Shown here: positions 19,590-30,721 of the stretch, piece by piece | How the letters are laid out: every line of letters starts with the position of its first letter | Position numbering within the stretch: the first letter of the stretch is position 1 | Origin: an uncultured Chloroflexia bacterium | Lineage (GTDB): Bacteria > Chloroflexota > Limnocylindria > Limnocylindrales > CSP1-4 | NCBI GenBank assembly: GCA_963763775.1 | Contig: CAVXPZ010000001.1 | Coordinates: forward strand, 800,001-864,000 | Length of the DNA: 64,000 nt | Direction: 5' to 3' | Made by a program: the position numbers and the translations under genes | The notes under the pieces: generated by a model | What the model was told of the DNA's origin: nothing | The model's input: only the letters and a program-made list of their open reading frames with translations | The model's database searches: none

Positions 19590-21386
19590 CGGAGCACGGG
19601 CTCGGTGAACAGGATGCCGCCCGTGCCGAGCTTGCCGGCCAGCACCTGGACCTGGCCGCCGGCGCTGTCGAAGACCGTCACCGAGGCCCCGTTGCCGGGG
19701 AACTCGGAGCCGTCGGCGGCGACGCCGCCCATGGAGGCCGCGTAGACCGACGAGCCGTCCCCGTTGATCGCGATCGACGAGAAGTCCGCCGTCGGCGCCC
19801 AATGGCCGACGGGTGCCAGGGTGTCCGTGTCGAAGGCATAGACGCCGGTCGAGCCGCCCGTCCCGTCCTCGCCGCCGACACCGAGCCCGAAGATCCGGTG
19901 CGTGTCCTGATGCGCCACGACGCCAGGCTCGATGAGGACCTTGGCCAGGGCCGTCGGGGCGAGCAGGCGCCCGACCTGGCGACCGAGCCCGGCGAGCCGG
20001 TCGATCACCCCGTCCGGGGCCGCCGCCGCCTCGCCCTGGCCCGACGTGACCTCGCCCGGTCCCGAGGTCCACCCGGGTCATCGATCGCGACAACGGACTC
20101 CAGATGAAGAGCGCATCGTCCGTCCGGGTGGTCAGCGCGAGGCCGTCCGTGTTGACGGTCGGCGGCAGCTCGGTGGTGCCGAGCACATTGCCGGACGTGG
20201 TGATCCGGCTCAACTCCCACCGGTTCCCGATCGTCCGACAGTACGTGTAGTAGCTCGTCGCGTCGATCAGGCCCGCGTCGAACTCGGTACATGCGGTCGC
20301 GGTCTGGGCGGGGCGGGTCGACGCGGAAGGGATCGCGGCGAACGTGGCGATGGTCCCGTCCTGGAACGGCGCCACCCAGTGGTCCGTCCCGGTCGGCGGC
20401 GACGCGGTATTCGGATCGTCGAGGTACCAGAAGCTCGTGAGCATGAGGGCATCGCCACGCGGCGACAGCGAGGCGGTCGGCGCGACGCGCACGCGCGCGC
20501 GTCCGTCCTGCACCATCGGCTCCGACAGCGTGACCGACGCGGAGTCCACGACCGCGAGCGTCGCCAGGTCGAGCGTGTCGACGCCGATGACCCAACCCGC
20601 CGCACCGTGCCGCTCGCTCCAGCCGATGAGGGCATAGCGGCCGTCCGGGGACGCGACGATCGTCGCGTCGACCAGCTGCGGCTGATCGGCAGCAGGCGCC
20701 GTGGGGTCGTACGTGCCGGAGAGTTCCTTCAGGGTCTGTGTCGCGCCGGCCGTGCCGTCGGCCCCGACGGGCTGCAGGTCCAGCCGGAGGCCGTTCGGGC
20801 TGCCGGCCGCCATCTGCGTCCAGGTGCCGCAGATGCACACCCAGCCGCCACCCGGGCGAGCGTACACGGCACCGGGCCCGGTCCGCGGCTCGATGACGGG
20901 CGACCCCAGGACGCCGGTCGAGAGGTCGGCCAGCTGATAGCCATTCTCGGTCTGGAGCATCACGGTCGAGGGCGTCGGCAGTGCGCCGTTGCGGACGAGC
21001 TGCGGCAGCGGCGACCCAGTGGGCAGGCCGCTCGCCGACGGGACGGCGGTCGCCGATGCCGAGGCGCTCGGGGAGGCCCCGACAGCACCCTGGTCGCGGC
21101 GCGGCGCGGTGAGCCAGACGGCACCGAAGGAGAGGATGACCGTGGCCGCGACCGCCACGGCGGCCGCCCCGAAGAGGCGCCGCGTCCAGTGCACGCCGCG
21201 ACCACCGCCACCCGAGCCGCGGACCCGGCCGACGCGGTCGCGCCACGTCACCTCGTCCAGGCGTTGCGGTGGCAGCCGCCAGTCGTCCGCGACGTCGCGG
21301 ACGATCGCCGCGAGCGCGGCGTCGTCGATCGGCTCGGGCGGCGCGCTCGTGTCGCGGTCCGGATCCATCGGGACACCTCGGGTCAT
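19586..21386 (-). CDS. Putative anti-sigma factor: membrane-anchored protein with a large extracellular beta-rich domain (frameshift near 20070)
   Basis: Short cytoplasmic N-terminus, one TM helix, Ser/Pro linker and propeller-like motifs (ASPDGRY, SLSPRGD, INGDGSSVY); overlaps the ECF sigma stop. Confidence 0.6.
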
Positions 21387-21952
21387 CGGACGGCTCGCTT
21401 CGGGGTCGGGCGCTCGGCGGCGACGGACGGGTCCGTGGCGAGTCGATCGCGGAGGGCCGCGTGGGCGCGGCTCAGGATGGAGCCGACATTCCCCGGACTG
21501 GTCCCGAGGAACCCGGCGATCTCGCTGTAGTCGTAGCCGTAGTAGTGGCGGAGGACGAGGGCGGCCCGGACATCGGGCTTCAGGTCGGCCATCGCACGCT
21601 CGACAAGGTCGCGGTCCGCGACCCCACGCGACGGGTCGGCCCCGAACCTGCCTGCCCCACCGGCCGACACCGAGCCGACCTGGGCGACCTGCGGCACCGC
21701 GAGACGGCGGACTCGCCGTCGTCGGAGGTCGTCGAGCGCGGCGTGGCTGACGATCCCGTGGAGCCAGGCCCGGAGCGAGCGGTGGCTGTCGTACTGGTCC
21801 CAGCGCTCGAACGCGCGGGCGAAGGTGTCGTGCGTGGCGTCCACCGCGGCCTCCGTGTCCCGCAGGATCGCGTACGCCACCCGGTAGACGTCATCCGCAT
21901 GGTCGCGGTACGCCCGGTCGACGGCCTCTCGGCGCAGTTCCTGGTCGGTCAC
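21383..21952 (-). CDS. ECF RNA polymerase sigma factor
   Basis: Region 2 AAVDATHDTF...LRAWLHGI; region 4 YSEIAGFLGTSPGNVGSILSRA. Confidence 0.9.
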   Translation of the reverse strand: MTDQELRREAVDRAYRDHADDVYRVAYAILRDTEAAVDATHDTFARAFERWDQYDSHRSLRAWLHGIVSHAALDDLRRRRVRRLAVPQVAQVGSVSAGGAGRFGADPSRGVADRDLVERAMADLKPDVRAALVLRHYYGYDYSEIAGFLGTSPGNVGSILSRAHAALRDRLATDPSVAAERPTPKRAVR

Positions 21953-21960
21953 GGCATCTC

Positions 21961-21987
21961 TACGCGCCGGCGCGTCGGAACCTTGCA
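21961..21987 (-). promoter_or_regulatory. Putative autoregulatory ECF promoter
   Basis: Minus strand reads TGCAAG-N17-CGTA, ending 8 nt before the sigma GTG. Confidence 0.45.
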
Positions 21988-22010
21988 TGGCGGCCGCGGC
22001 CCACCCGCGC

Positions 22011-22649
22011 TCACGCGAACAATCGGCCGCCGTCGCGTACCAGTTCGAGCCAGGCTCGTTCGCGGCCGATCGTCGTCGCGGAGCCATGGCCGGGAAAGAC
22101 CGCGACGTGGTCCTCCAGGCCGGTCAGCCGCGCCAGGGACGCGACCATCGCGTCAGGGTCGCCGCCGGGGAGGTCGACCCGGCCCCAGCCGCCGGCGAAC
22201 AGGGTGTCGCCGCTGTAGAGCAGCCCGTCCTCCTCCGCGAGGAGGCAGACCGAGCCCTCGGTATGGCCCGGCGTGTGCAGGACGCGGAGACGGATCGAGC
22301 CGAACCGCACGAGTCCTCCCTCGGCGAGCTCGACCGCCGGGACCGACGGCGGGATCTCGAACGGCGCCCACAGCGGCTGCGGGTCGGTCAGGCGCTCGCG
22401 ATCGAGCGGATGGACCGCGATCTCCGCGCCGGTGTGCGACGCCACCGCCGCGTTGTCCCCGATGTGGTCCCAATGGCCGTGGGTCGAGACGATGAGTTTC
22501 AGGGTCCAGGCGCGGGCCGCGAGCTCGTCGGCGATCCAGGCGAGGGATGGCGTCGCGGTATCGAGCGCGATCGCTTCCCCGGTCACCGGGTCGGCGAGGA
22601 TGTGGACGTTCGTCCCGATCGGGCCGACGACCCGGCTCAGCCGCTCCAT
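22011..22649 (-). CDS. MBL-fold metallo-hydrolase (glyoxalase II/YcbL-like)
   Basis: THGHWDHIG, HTPGHT, SGDTLF and PGHG motifs. Confidence 0.92.
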   Translation of the reverse strand: MERLSRVVGPIGTNVHILADPVTGEAIALDTATPSLAWIADELAARAWTLKLIVSTHGHWDHIGDNAAVASHTGAEIAVHPLDRERLTDPQPLWAPFEIPPSVPAVELAEGGLVRFGSIRLRVLHTPGHTEGSVCLLAEEDGLLYSGDTLFAGGWGRVDLPGGDPDAMVASLARLTGLEDHVAVFPGHGSATTIGRERAWLELVRDGGRLFA

Positions 22650-22697
22650 CCGCGGAGTCTGGCAGGTCAGCCGCCTTGAGGACCGCCGCGACGACCG

Positions 22698-23144
22698 TCA
22701 GTCGGCGCCCTCGAGCTTCTGCCGCATGCAGTCGAAGGTCTGGCCGATCATCTTGTTCGCGGTGCCCTCGATCAGGCGCGCGCCGACGCTCGCCAGCGTG
22801 CCCGAGAGGTTGACCTCGGCGTTCCAGTCCATGACGGTCGTCCCGTCCGGCCCGTCGGAGAGGGCCATCTGGGCGTCGGCGTCGACCGCGCTGCCGGGCG
22901 CCTGGCCGTGGGCCTTGATGACCGCCTTGTCCGGCGCCACGAGCTCCGCGAAGGTCATGTCGACGTTGAACCGCGCGCTGATGAACCCGATGCCGACCTT
23001 GGCCAGGACCTTGAAATGCGTGTCATCGACGACGTCGATCTTCTCCACGCCCGGGCCGCACTGGCCGACCTGGTTCGGGTCGATGACGAAGGCCCAGACC
23101 TTCTCGCGGCTGGCCTTGATCGGAACGGAGCCTTCGAAATGCAT
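22698..23144 (-). CDS. coxG: CoxG (SRPBCC) CO dehydrogenase accessory protein
   Basis: MHFEGS..I.A..EKVW...DP...C.PG and G.LASVGARLI motifs; lies in the cox operon. Confidence 0.85.
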   Translation of the reverse strand: MHFEGSVPIKASREKVWAFVIDPNQVGQCGPGVEKIDVVDDTHFKVLAKVGIGFISARFNVDMTFAELVAPDKAVIKAHGQAPGSAVDADAQMALSDGPDGTTVMDWNAEVNLSGTLASVGARLIEGTANKMIGQTFDCMRQKLEGAD

Positions 23145-23187
23145 GCAGCGCCTCCGGGCGAGGTTTCGGGGTGGGCGAGGGCGCCGG

Positions 23188-24225
23188 TCAGTCCGACGCG
23201 GGGATCGATGCCGGCACGTAGGCCGACGGCTCGCGGATGAAGCGAGTCCGACAGCCGATCGAGCAGAACGCGTACACGACCCCGTCGTGCTCGGCGAGGT
23301 GCCGGGCATGGGCGCGATCCACGGTCATGCCGCAGACCGGGTCCAGCAGCACGATGTCGTCGACCACCGGCTGGAGCTCGATCGGTTCGACCGGCGCGCC
23401 CGCCATGGTCGCCGGTCCGGGCGACGCGACGAAGTCGGCCCGGCCGCGTCGGACCTGGACCAGCTCCGCGAGGATCGAGAGGGCGACCTCCTCGGCCCCT
23501 TCCGCGCCGATGTCCATGCCCGCCGGTGCTCGAAGCGCGGCGAGGCGCTCCTCGGCGATGCCCGCGTCGTCGCGCAACCATGACCGGACGACGTTGGCCC
23601 GCGTCGGGGAGGCCACGAGCCCGACGTAGGAAGCGTCCCGCGCGAGGGCCGCGGCCGTGGCCTCCTCGTCCCATACCCCCTGGGTCGCGACGATCACGTA
23701 CGGCGCCAGCTCCGGATCGAGGCGTTTGAGGTCGGCCGTCGCGAGCACACGCTCGGCAGACGGGAACGCGTCGGCGTCGGCGATCGGGTCGATGACCGTC
23801 ACGCGCCAGCCGGCCGCGGCGCCGAGGGCGACGAGCGCCCCGGCGATCGGGGTCGTCCCGGCGACCCACAGGACGGGAGCGGGAAGTCGCGGTTCCACGT
23901 AGATCTCCAGGGTCCCACCGGAGTGGCAGGTCATGACGAGCTCGATGACGCCGTCACCTCGCCGGCCTTCGGCCGGGGCGTCCTTCGAGAGGCGAAGCAG
24001 TCGGGGCTGGCCGTCCACGAGCGCCCGCAGGGCTTCGCGGACGACCACGGGCTGGGCGCAGCTCCCGCCGACCCAGCCCTCGATCGTGCCGTCGGGATGG
24101 ACGATGCCGCTCGCCCCGGGGCGCGCCGAGGTCGGCCGCTGGACCGCCACGACCGTGGCGACCGCGAACGGCCGACCCGCCGCCTCGAGCTCGGCGGCGC
24201 GCGCGAAGATCGATCGACCGGTCAT
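23188..24225 (-). CDS. coxF: XdhC/CoxF-like accessory protein with a C-terminal YHS domain
   Basis: GWVGGSCA, MTCHSGG and APAGMDIGA..AEEVALSILAE, followed by DPVCGMTV...FCSIGC. Confidence 0.8.
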   Translation of the reverse strand: MTGRSIFARAAELEAAGRPFAVATVVAVQRPTSARPGASGIVHPDGTIEGWVGGSCAQPVVVREALRALVDGQPRLLRLSKDAPAEGRRGDGVIELVMTCHSGGTLEIYVEPRLPAPVLWVAGTTPIAGALVALGAAAGWRVTVIDPIADADAFPSAERVLATADLKRLDPELAPYVIVATQGVWDEEATAAALARDASYVGLVASPTRANVVRSWLRDDAGIAEERLAALRAPAGMDIGAEGAEEVALSILAELVQVRRGRADFVASPGPATMAGAPVEPIELQPVVDDIVLLDPVCGMTVDRAHARHLAEHDGVVYAFCSIGCRTRFIREPSAYVPASIPASD

Positions 24226-24252
24226 CGCGCGCGGATCAGCGGCGACCGGTGC

Positions 24253-26637
24253 TCACGAGATCCCCTTCTCGTGCAGGATCGCCCACACCTTCTGCGGCGT
24301 GATCGGGATGTCGATGTTGCGGACGCCGAGGTGCCACATCGCGTCGACGACCGCGTTGGCGATGGCCGGCGGGGCGCCGACCGTGGCCGACTCCCCGACG
24401 CCCTTGGCGCCGATCGGGTGGTGCGGCGAGGGAGTGATGGTCTTGCCCGTCTCCCAGGCCGGCGTCTCGACGGCCGTCGGGAGGAGGTAGTCCATGAACG
24501 TCCCGGCCATGTTGTTGCCGAGCTCGTCGTAGGTGATCTGCTCGTACAGCGCCGGCGCGAGACCCATGGTCAGGCCGCCGTGGATCTGCCCGTCGACGAT
24601 CATCGGGTTGATGATGTTGCCGCAGTCGTCCACGGCGACGAACCGACGGACGTGCACCTGGCCGGTGCCCTTGTCGATGTCGACGACGCAGATGTAGCTG
24701 CCGAAGGGGAACGTCAGGTTCGGCGGGTCGTAGTAGTCGACCGCCTCCAGGCCCGCCTCCATCCCGGCGGGATGGTTCGTGTAGGCCGCAAAGGCGATCT
24801 CCTGGATGGTCTTGAAGCGGTCGGGCGAGCCCTTGACGCTGAACTTGCCGGGCTCCCACTCGAGGTCGTCCTCGTTGGCTTCCAGCAGGTGGGCGGCGAT
24901 CTTGCGGGCCTTGTCGCGGATCTTGCGGGCAGCGACCGCCGTGGCGGCGCCGGCGACCGGGGTGGAGCGCGACGCGTACGTGCCGAGCCCGTACGGCGCG
25001 GTGTCCGTGTCGCCTTCCTCGATCTTGATGTCCGCGACCGGGAAGCCGAGCTCCTCGGCGATGATCTGGGCGAACGTGGTCTCGTGACCCTGGCCCTGCG
25101 ACTGGACGCCGAGCCGGGCGAGCACCTTGCCGGTCGGATGGACGCGGATCTCGCAGCTGTCGAACATCTTGATGCCCAGGATGTCGAAGTCGTGCGACGG
25201 GCCGGCGCCCACGATCTCGGTGAAGCTGCTGATGCCGATGCCCATGAGCTCGCCACGGGCGCGCTTCTCCGCCTGCTCCTTGCGGAGCCCGGCGTAGTCG
25301 ATCATGTCCATGGCCTTCTGGAGGGCCGCCGGGTAGTTCCCGGAGTCGTACGACCACCCCGTGGGCGTCTGATACGGGAACTGGTCGGGCTGGATGAAGT
25401 TCTCCATCCGGAGCTGCGCCGGGTCCTTGCCGATCTCGTGGGCGAGGATGTCGACCATCCGCTCGATGGCGTGGACGGCCTCGGTCACGCGGAAGGAGCA
25501 GCGATAGGCCACGCCTCCGGGCGGCTTGTTCGTGTAGACGCCGTCGACCTCGACGAAGGCGTTCGCGAAGTCGTAGGAGCCGGTGATGACGTTGAACAGG
25601 CCGGCCGGGAACTTGGACGGGTCGGCGGCCGCGTCCGTGTAGCCGTGATCGGCGAGGGTCTTGACCTTGAGGCTCGTGATCCGGCCGTCCTTGGTCGCGC
25701 CCATCTCCGCGTGGATGTGATAGTCGCGAGCGAACGAGTCCGCCTGGAGGTTCTCCGAGCGGTCCTCGATCCACTTCACGGGCTTGCCGATGAGGAAGGA
25801 CGCCGCGACCGCCAGCACGTAGCCCGGGTAGACCGGGACCTTGCCGCCGAACCCGCCGCCGATGTCGTGGGTCTTGACGCGGATGTTCTGCTCGCTGATC
25901 GGCAGGCCGGCTCCGGCGGCCACGAGCGCGATCACCGTCCGGATCGCGTGCGGTGCCTGGGTCGTCATGTGCAGGGTGAGCTGCTGGCGGATCGGGTCCC
26001 AATCGGCCACGCAGCCACAGGTCTCGATCGAGGCGACGTGGATCCGCGGGATGTAGATGTCCTCGGACACCCGTACCTCGGCGCCGGCCATGGCCGTGTC
26101 GGTCGCGGCCTCGTCGCCGGACTCCCAGTGCCAGATGTGGTTGTTCGCCTTGTCCGGGCCGCGGTCCGGCCGGAGGACGAAGGCGTCGGGCTCCATCGCC
26201 TTGTGCGGGTCGATGACGACCGGCAGCGGCTCGTAGTCGACGAGGACCGCCGCGACGCCGTCGGCCGCCGCGTAGCGCGAGGTCGCGATGACCGCCGCGA
26301 CTTCCTGCGACTGGTACATGACCGTATCGGTCGGCAGCACCATCTGCATGTCGCCGGCCAGGGTCGGCATCCAGTGGAGCTTGTAGCCCTCGAGGGCCTT
26401 GCCATCGATGACGGCGAGGACGCCCGGGACCTTCATCGCCTCGGATGTGTCGATGCCCTTGATCGTGGCGTGGGCATACGGGCTGCGGACGATGTCGAGC
26501 CAGAGCTGACCCGGCAGATTGACGTCGTCGATGTACTCGCCGGCGCCGCGGATGAACCGCGGGTCCTCCTTGCGCTTGACCGAGTGGCCCATGCCCCCGA
26601 TCTCGGCACTGGTGCGGGGCTCCGCTTCGGTGGTCAT
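24253..26637 (-). CDS. coxL: Aerobic Mo-Cu CO dehydrogenase large subunit, form I
   Basis: Diagnostic active-site motif AYRCSFR; [15 protein letters not shown] and QGQGHET; M-S-L gene order. Confidence 0.96.
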   Translation of the reverse strand: MTTEAEPRTSAEIGGMGHSVKRKEDPRFIRGAGEYIDDVNLPGQLWLDIVRSPYAHATIKGIDTSEAMKVPGVLAVIDGKALEGYKLHWMPTLAGDMQMVLPTDTVMYQSQEVAAVIATSRYAAADGVAAVLVDYEPLPVVIDPHKAMEPDAFVLRPDRGPDKANNHIWHWESGDEAATDTAMAGAEVRVSEDIYIPRIHVASIETCGCVADWDPIRQQLTLHMTTQAPHAIRTVIALVAAGAGLPISEQNIRVKTHDIGGGFGGKVPVYPGYVLAVAASFLIGKPVKWIEDRSENLQADSFARDYHIHAEMGATKDGRITSLKVKTLADHGYTDAAADPSKFPAGLFNVITGSYDFANAFVEVDGVYTNKPPGGVAYRCSFRVTEAVHAIERMVDILAHEIGKDPAQLRMENFIQPDQFPYQTPTGWSYDSGNYPAALQKAMDMIDYAGLRKEQAEKRARGELMGIGISSFTEIVGAGPSHDFDILGIKMFDSCEIRVHPTGKVLARLGVQSQGQGHETTFAQIIAEELGFPVADIKIEEGDTDTAPYGLGTYASRSTPVAGAATAVAARKIRDKARKIAAHLLEANEDDLEWEPGKFSVKGSPDRFKTIQEIAFAAYTNHPAGMEAGLEAVDYYDPPNLTFPFGSYICVVDIDKGTGQVHVRRFVAVDDCGNIINPMIVDGQIHGGLTMGLAPALYEQITYDELGNNMAGTFMDYLLPTAVETPAWETGKTITPSPHHPIGAKGVGESATVGAPPAIANAVVDAMWHLGVRNIDIPITPQKVWAILHEKGIS

Positions 26638-26652
26638 CTCGTCACTCCCCGC

Positions 26653-27168
26653 TCAACCGGCCGCGACCGGCGTGGCGCCGGCCTGGGTGTCCGCGGCGGC
26701 TGCCATCTCGGCGGCCGCCTGCTCGATGGCCTTGACGATGTTCACGTACCCCGTACAGCGGCACAGGTTGCCGCTGATGCCCCATCGGATCTCCTCCTCG
26801 GTGGGGTCCGGGTTCTCGCCGAGCAGCCACGCGGCCTGCATGATCATGCCCGGCGTGCAGAAGCCGCACTGGAGGCCGTGCTGGTCCCAGAAGGCCTGCT
26901 GGAGCGGATGGAGCGTCGCCCCGTCCGCCATCCCCTCGATGGTCTTGATGCTCCGGCCGTCGGCCTGGACCGCCAGCATCGTGCACGACTTGGCGCTCTC
27001 GCCGTCCACGTGGACGGTGCAGGCGCCGCAGTTGCTCGTGTCGCAGCCGACGTGCGTGCCGGTCAGCCCGAGCGAGTCGCGCAGGAAGTGGACGAGCAGG
27101 AGCCGCGGCTCGACATCGGCTTCGTGGGCCGCGCCGTTGACGGTGACCGAGATGTGCTGGGTGGTCAT
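26653..27168 (-). CDS. coxS: CO dehydrogenase small (2Fe-2S) subunit
   Basis: [20 protein letters not shown] and NLCRCTGY. Confidence 0.95.
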   Translation of the reverse strand: MTTQHISVTVNGAAHEADVEPRLLLVHFLRDSLGLTGTHVGCDTSNCGACTVHVDGESAKSCTMLAVQADGRSIKTIEGMADGATLHPLQQAFWDQHGLQCGFCTPGMIMQAAWLLGENPDPTEEEIRWGISGNLCRCTGYVNIVKAIEQAAAEMAAAADTQAGATPVAAG

Positions 27169-27184
27169 CGTGGTCGCTGGCCTC

Positions 27185-28060
<876 letters not shown>

Positions 28061-28218
28061 CGCGCCGCTACCCTCCTCCCCGCTCGCGCGGGGGCGATAC
28101 GGTCGACCCGTCCGGCCCCGGACGGGCGCAGAGCTGTTGGCGACGTTCGCGGACCGGCGGGATCGGCTCGTCGCGTTCGAGTCGACGTGGTCACCGGGTT
28201 GCGGGGACGTTACCGCGG

Positions 28219-28248
28219 AGTATCGCGCCGGGGTCGTTCGCACGTCAA
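28219..28248 (-). promoter_or_regulatory. Putative promoter of the form I cox operon
   Basis: Minus strand reads TTGACG-N18-GATACT, about 160 nt upstream of coxM. Confidence 0.45.
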
Positions 28249-28292
28249 CGTAGACCAGCGGTGCGGCCTTGCGCGGCGACCATCGGGGCGCG

Positions 28293-28790
28293 CTAGAGGT
28301 CGCGGACCAGGTAGAGGACGTCGCCTCGTTCGTCCATGCCGGTGCGGTCGTGGCGGAACCCGGTCTTCTGGAGCACCCGGAGCGACGCCGCGTTCCACGG
28401 CCGCACGGTCGACCAGAGCCGGTGCCGACCCGTCGCCGCGGCCGCATCGACCAGCGCGTGCGCCGCCTCCGTCGCATAGCCGTGACCGTGGAACCGCTGC
28501 AACAGCTCGTAGGCGAGCTCCGGTTCGTCCAGGCTGCAACGCCCCACGACCAGGGCGCCATAGCCGATCGCGTCGCCTTCCGCGCGGCGCCTGATCGCGA
28601 GCGCACCGATGCCGGTCTCGAGCGTCAGATCCCGGAACCGCGCGAGGCGCGCCCTCGAGTCCTCGAGCGTCGGGGAGTCCTCCCCGCGTTCCACGAGCAG
28701 CTCTCGGTACCAGGCGGCGTCGCCCTCGTCGCGGAGCCGCAGGGTCAGCCGCTCGGTCTCGATGGCGAGCGACATCGGTTGCCAGGCCAC
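28293..28790 (-). CDS. GNAT acetyltransferase, RimJ/RimL-like
   Basis: [23 protein letters not shown] and [11 protein letters not shown]. Confidence 0.88.
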   Translation of the reverse strand: MAWQPMSLAIETERLTLRLRDEGDAAWYRELLVERGEDSPTLEDSRARLARFRDLTLETGIGALAIRRRAEGDAIGYGALVVGRCSLDEPELAYELLQRFHGHGYATEAAHALVDAAAATGRHRLWSTVRPWNAASLRVLQKTGFRHDRTGMDERGDVLYLVRDL

Positions 28791-28864
28791 GCATCGATGG
28801 TACGGGACCACCGGGAGTGCACGCGCCCAGAGATACCTGACGTCTCCCGACACGTGGCGGCGCG

Positions 28865-29308
28865 ATGATGTCGTCCATGCACGACCCGCTCCCGCCCGAG
28901 GCGCTGCTTGCGGGCTACCCGGACGAGATCCGGCAGACCGCCGAGGTGCTGCGCGCGCTGGTCCGGCGCACCGTGCCCGAGGCGATCGAGCGGGTCCGGC
29001 CAGGCTGGCGCCTGATCGGGTACGACCTGCCGGTCGGCCGCGGGACGAGGTTCTGCCTCTGGGTGTGGCCGCAGTTCGAGCACGTCCACCTGGGATTCGA
29101 GCGCGGGATGCTGATGGAGGACCCGGAGCGACGCCTGGAGGGCCGCGGCATCACGAAGCGCGCCCGCTGGCTGACGTATACGCCCGGCGAGCGAGTGGAC
29201 GCCGCTGCCGCCACGATCCTGATCCTCGAGTGCGTCCGGATCGCCCGCCTGTCCGCGGCCGAGCAGGGGTTCCTGCGGCTCGAACGCGAGGCGGCCCCAG
29301 CCGACTAG
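28865..29308 (+). CDS. DUF1801-like protein
   Basis: LRALVRRTVPEAIERV.PGW..IGY, HVHLGF..G..M.DP...LEG.G..KRAR. Confidence 0.7.
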   Translation: MMSSMHDPLPPEALLAGYPDEIRQTAEVLRALVRRTVPEAIERVRPGWRLIGYDLPVGRGTRFCLWVWPQFEHVHLGFERGMLMEDPERRLEGRGITKRARWLTYTPGERVDAAAATILILECVRIARLSAAEQGFLRLEREAAPAD

Positions 29309-30717
29309 GACGGCGGCGTCCACGAGACGATGCCGATCGGCAGCGGGTGCTGGCCGCGCAGGCCGACCCGCCCGGCGTCGTCGACCTCGACGAGATCATC
29401 GAGCGCCGCCGTGAACCGGTGGTCCTTCTCGCCGCCCGGTTCGATCCAGAGCTGGCGACGGAGGAACCCCTCGAGCTCGGCCCGGTCGCCGAACCGGCGC
29501 GGCTCGCGCTCGAGGCGTCGGACCTCGGGGTCGCGCCCCATCGCCTGGAGCAGCTCCACGAACTCCGGCAGCGCCGGAAGCGCGATCCGTGCCTCACCGT
29601 GGACAGGTGGCCAGAACACGTCGGCGATCGAGGACGGCTGACGCTCCATCAGCACGGCGAGACAGCGCCGTCGGGTGGCCGCCTCCATCGCGGCCACGAA
29701 GGGCCCGATCGCCTCGATGTCGTACCCAACGTGAGCGATGAGCGAGACGTCGACATCGAACGCCCCGACGTCCCGCGGCGGCCACCGGTCGACGACGACA
29801 CGGACGTTCTCGATCGCGTGGTCCTCCGCGATCTCCCCGAGCGCCTCGAGCATCCCGCGCGACGGGTCGAGGGCGACGACCGAGCCGCCGCTCGGCTCGA
29901 GGGCGGCCGCGATCGGCAGCGCGTACCGGCCCGCGCCAGCGCCGATGTCGAGCCACGTCTCGCCGTGGCGGACGTGGTCGCGCAGGACCTCGAGGGCCGG
30001 CTCGTCCGTACGGGTCGGGTCGGCGCGGAACAGGCTGGTCACGGGCGCGTAGAAGTCGGCGCCGTCCGGGACCTCCCTGACCCGGTCCACCTGCTCGCGG
30101 TTGTCGCGGACGCGCGCGGCCCAGGCGGCCTCCAGCAGCGCGACCAGGTCGGCGGGCGTGTCGATGTCGGGATTGGCTCCGTCGACCACGACCTCGCGGA
30201 CGAGGTCCGGATGCGACGCGATCACCGGCCCGAGCCCGCGGTCGCCGGTGGCCTCCGCGACCAGGCCGAAGGCCGCGCGTCCGAGCAGGACCGGGTTGCG
30301 ACCGCGATCCTCCGGGTACACGGGGACCACGATCGGCGGCCCGCCTCCGGCCGGCTTGGCGGCGAGGAGCGACCGGACCGCCTCCACCGGCAGCCTCGGC
30401 TGGTCCCCCAGCACGATCAGGGCAGCCGTCACGGCCTCGTCGAGCGCGGCGATCCCGACGGCGAGCGAGCTTGACAACCCGCGCGAGGGATCGGGGTTCC
30501 GCACCCGCGTGGCGCCACCCCACGCGATCGCCGACTCGAGCGCCTCGGCGTCATCGCCGACCACCACGAGGATCTCCCCCACCCCGCCTTCGACGAGCCG
30601 GTCGAGGACGTGCTGGAGCACGGGACGTCCGTCGATGGGGGCGAGCAGCTTCCCGCCGCCGAACCGCGATCCGGCGCCGGCCGCGAGAACGACCGCGGCG
30701 ACGCGCTCGCCGCCCAC
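29305..30717 (-). CDS. MocA/MobA-like nucleotidyltransferase fused to a class I SAM methyltransferase
   Basis: LAAGAGSRFGGGKLL, LGDQP, GRNPVL and DIDTPADL, then in the same frame WLDIGAGAGRY and LDPSRGML. Confidence 0.85.
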   Translation of the reverse strand: MGGERVAAVVLAAGAGSRFGGGKLLAPIDGRPVLQHVLDRLVEGGVGEILVVVGDDAEALESAIAWGGATRVRNPDPSRGLSSSLAVGIAALDEAVTAALIVLGDQPRLPVEAVRSLLAAKPAGGGPPIVVPVYPEDRGRNPVLLGRAAFGLVAEATGDRGLGPVIASHPDLVREVVVDGANPDIDTPADLVALLEAAWAARVRDNREQVDRVREVPDGADFYAPVTSLFRADPTRTDEPALEVLRDHVRHGETWLDIGAGAGRYALPIAAALEPSGGSVVALDPSRGMLEALGEIAEDHAIENVRVVVDRWPPRDVGAFDVDVSLIAHVGYDIEAIGPFVAAMEAATRRRCLAVLMERQPSSIADVFWPPVHGEARIALPALPEFVELLQAMGRDPEVRRLEREPRRFGDRAELEGFLRRQLWIEPGGEKDHRFTAALDDLVEVDDAGRVGLRGQHPLPIGIVSWTPPS

Positions 30718-30721
30718 GGCG

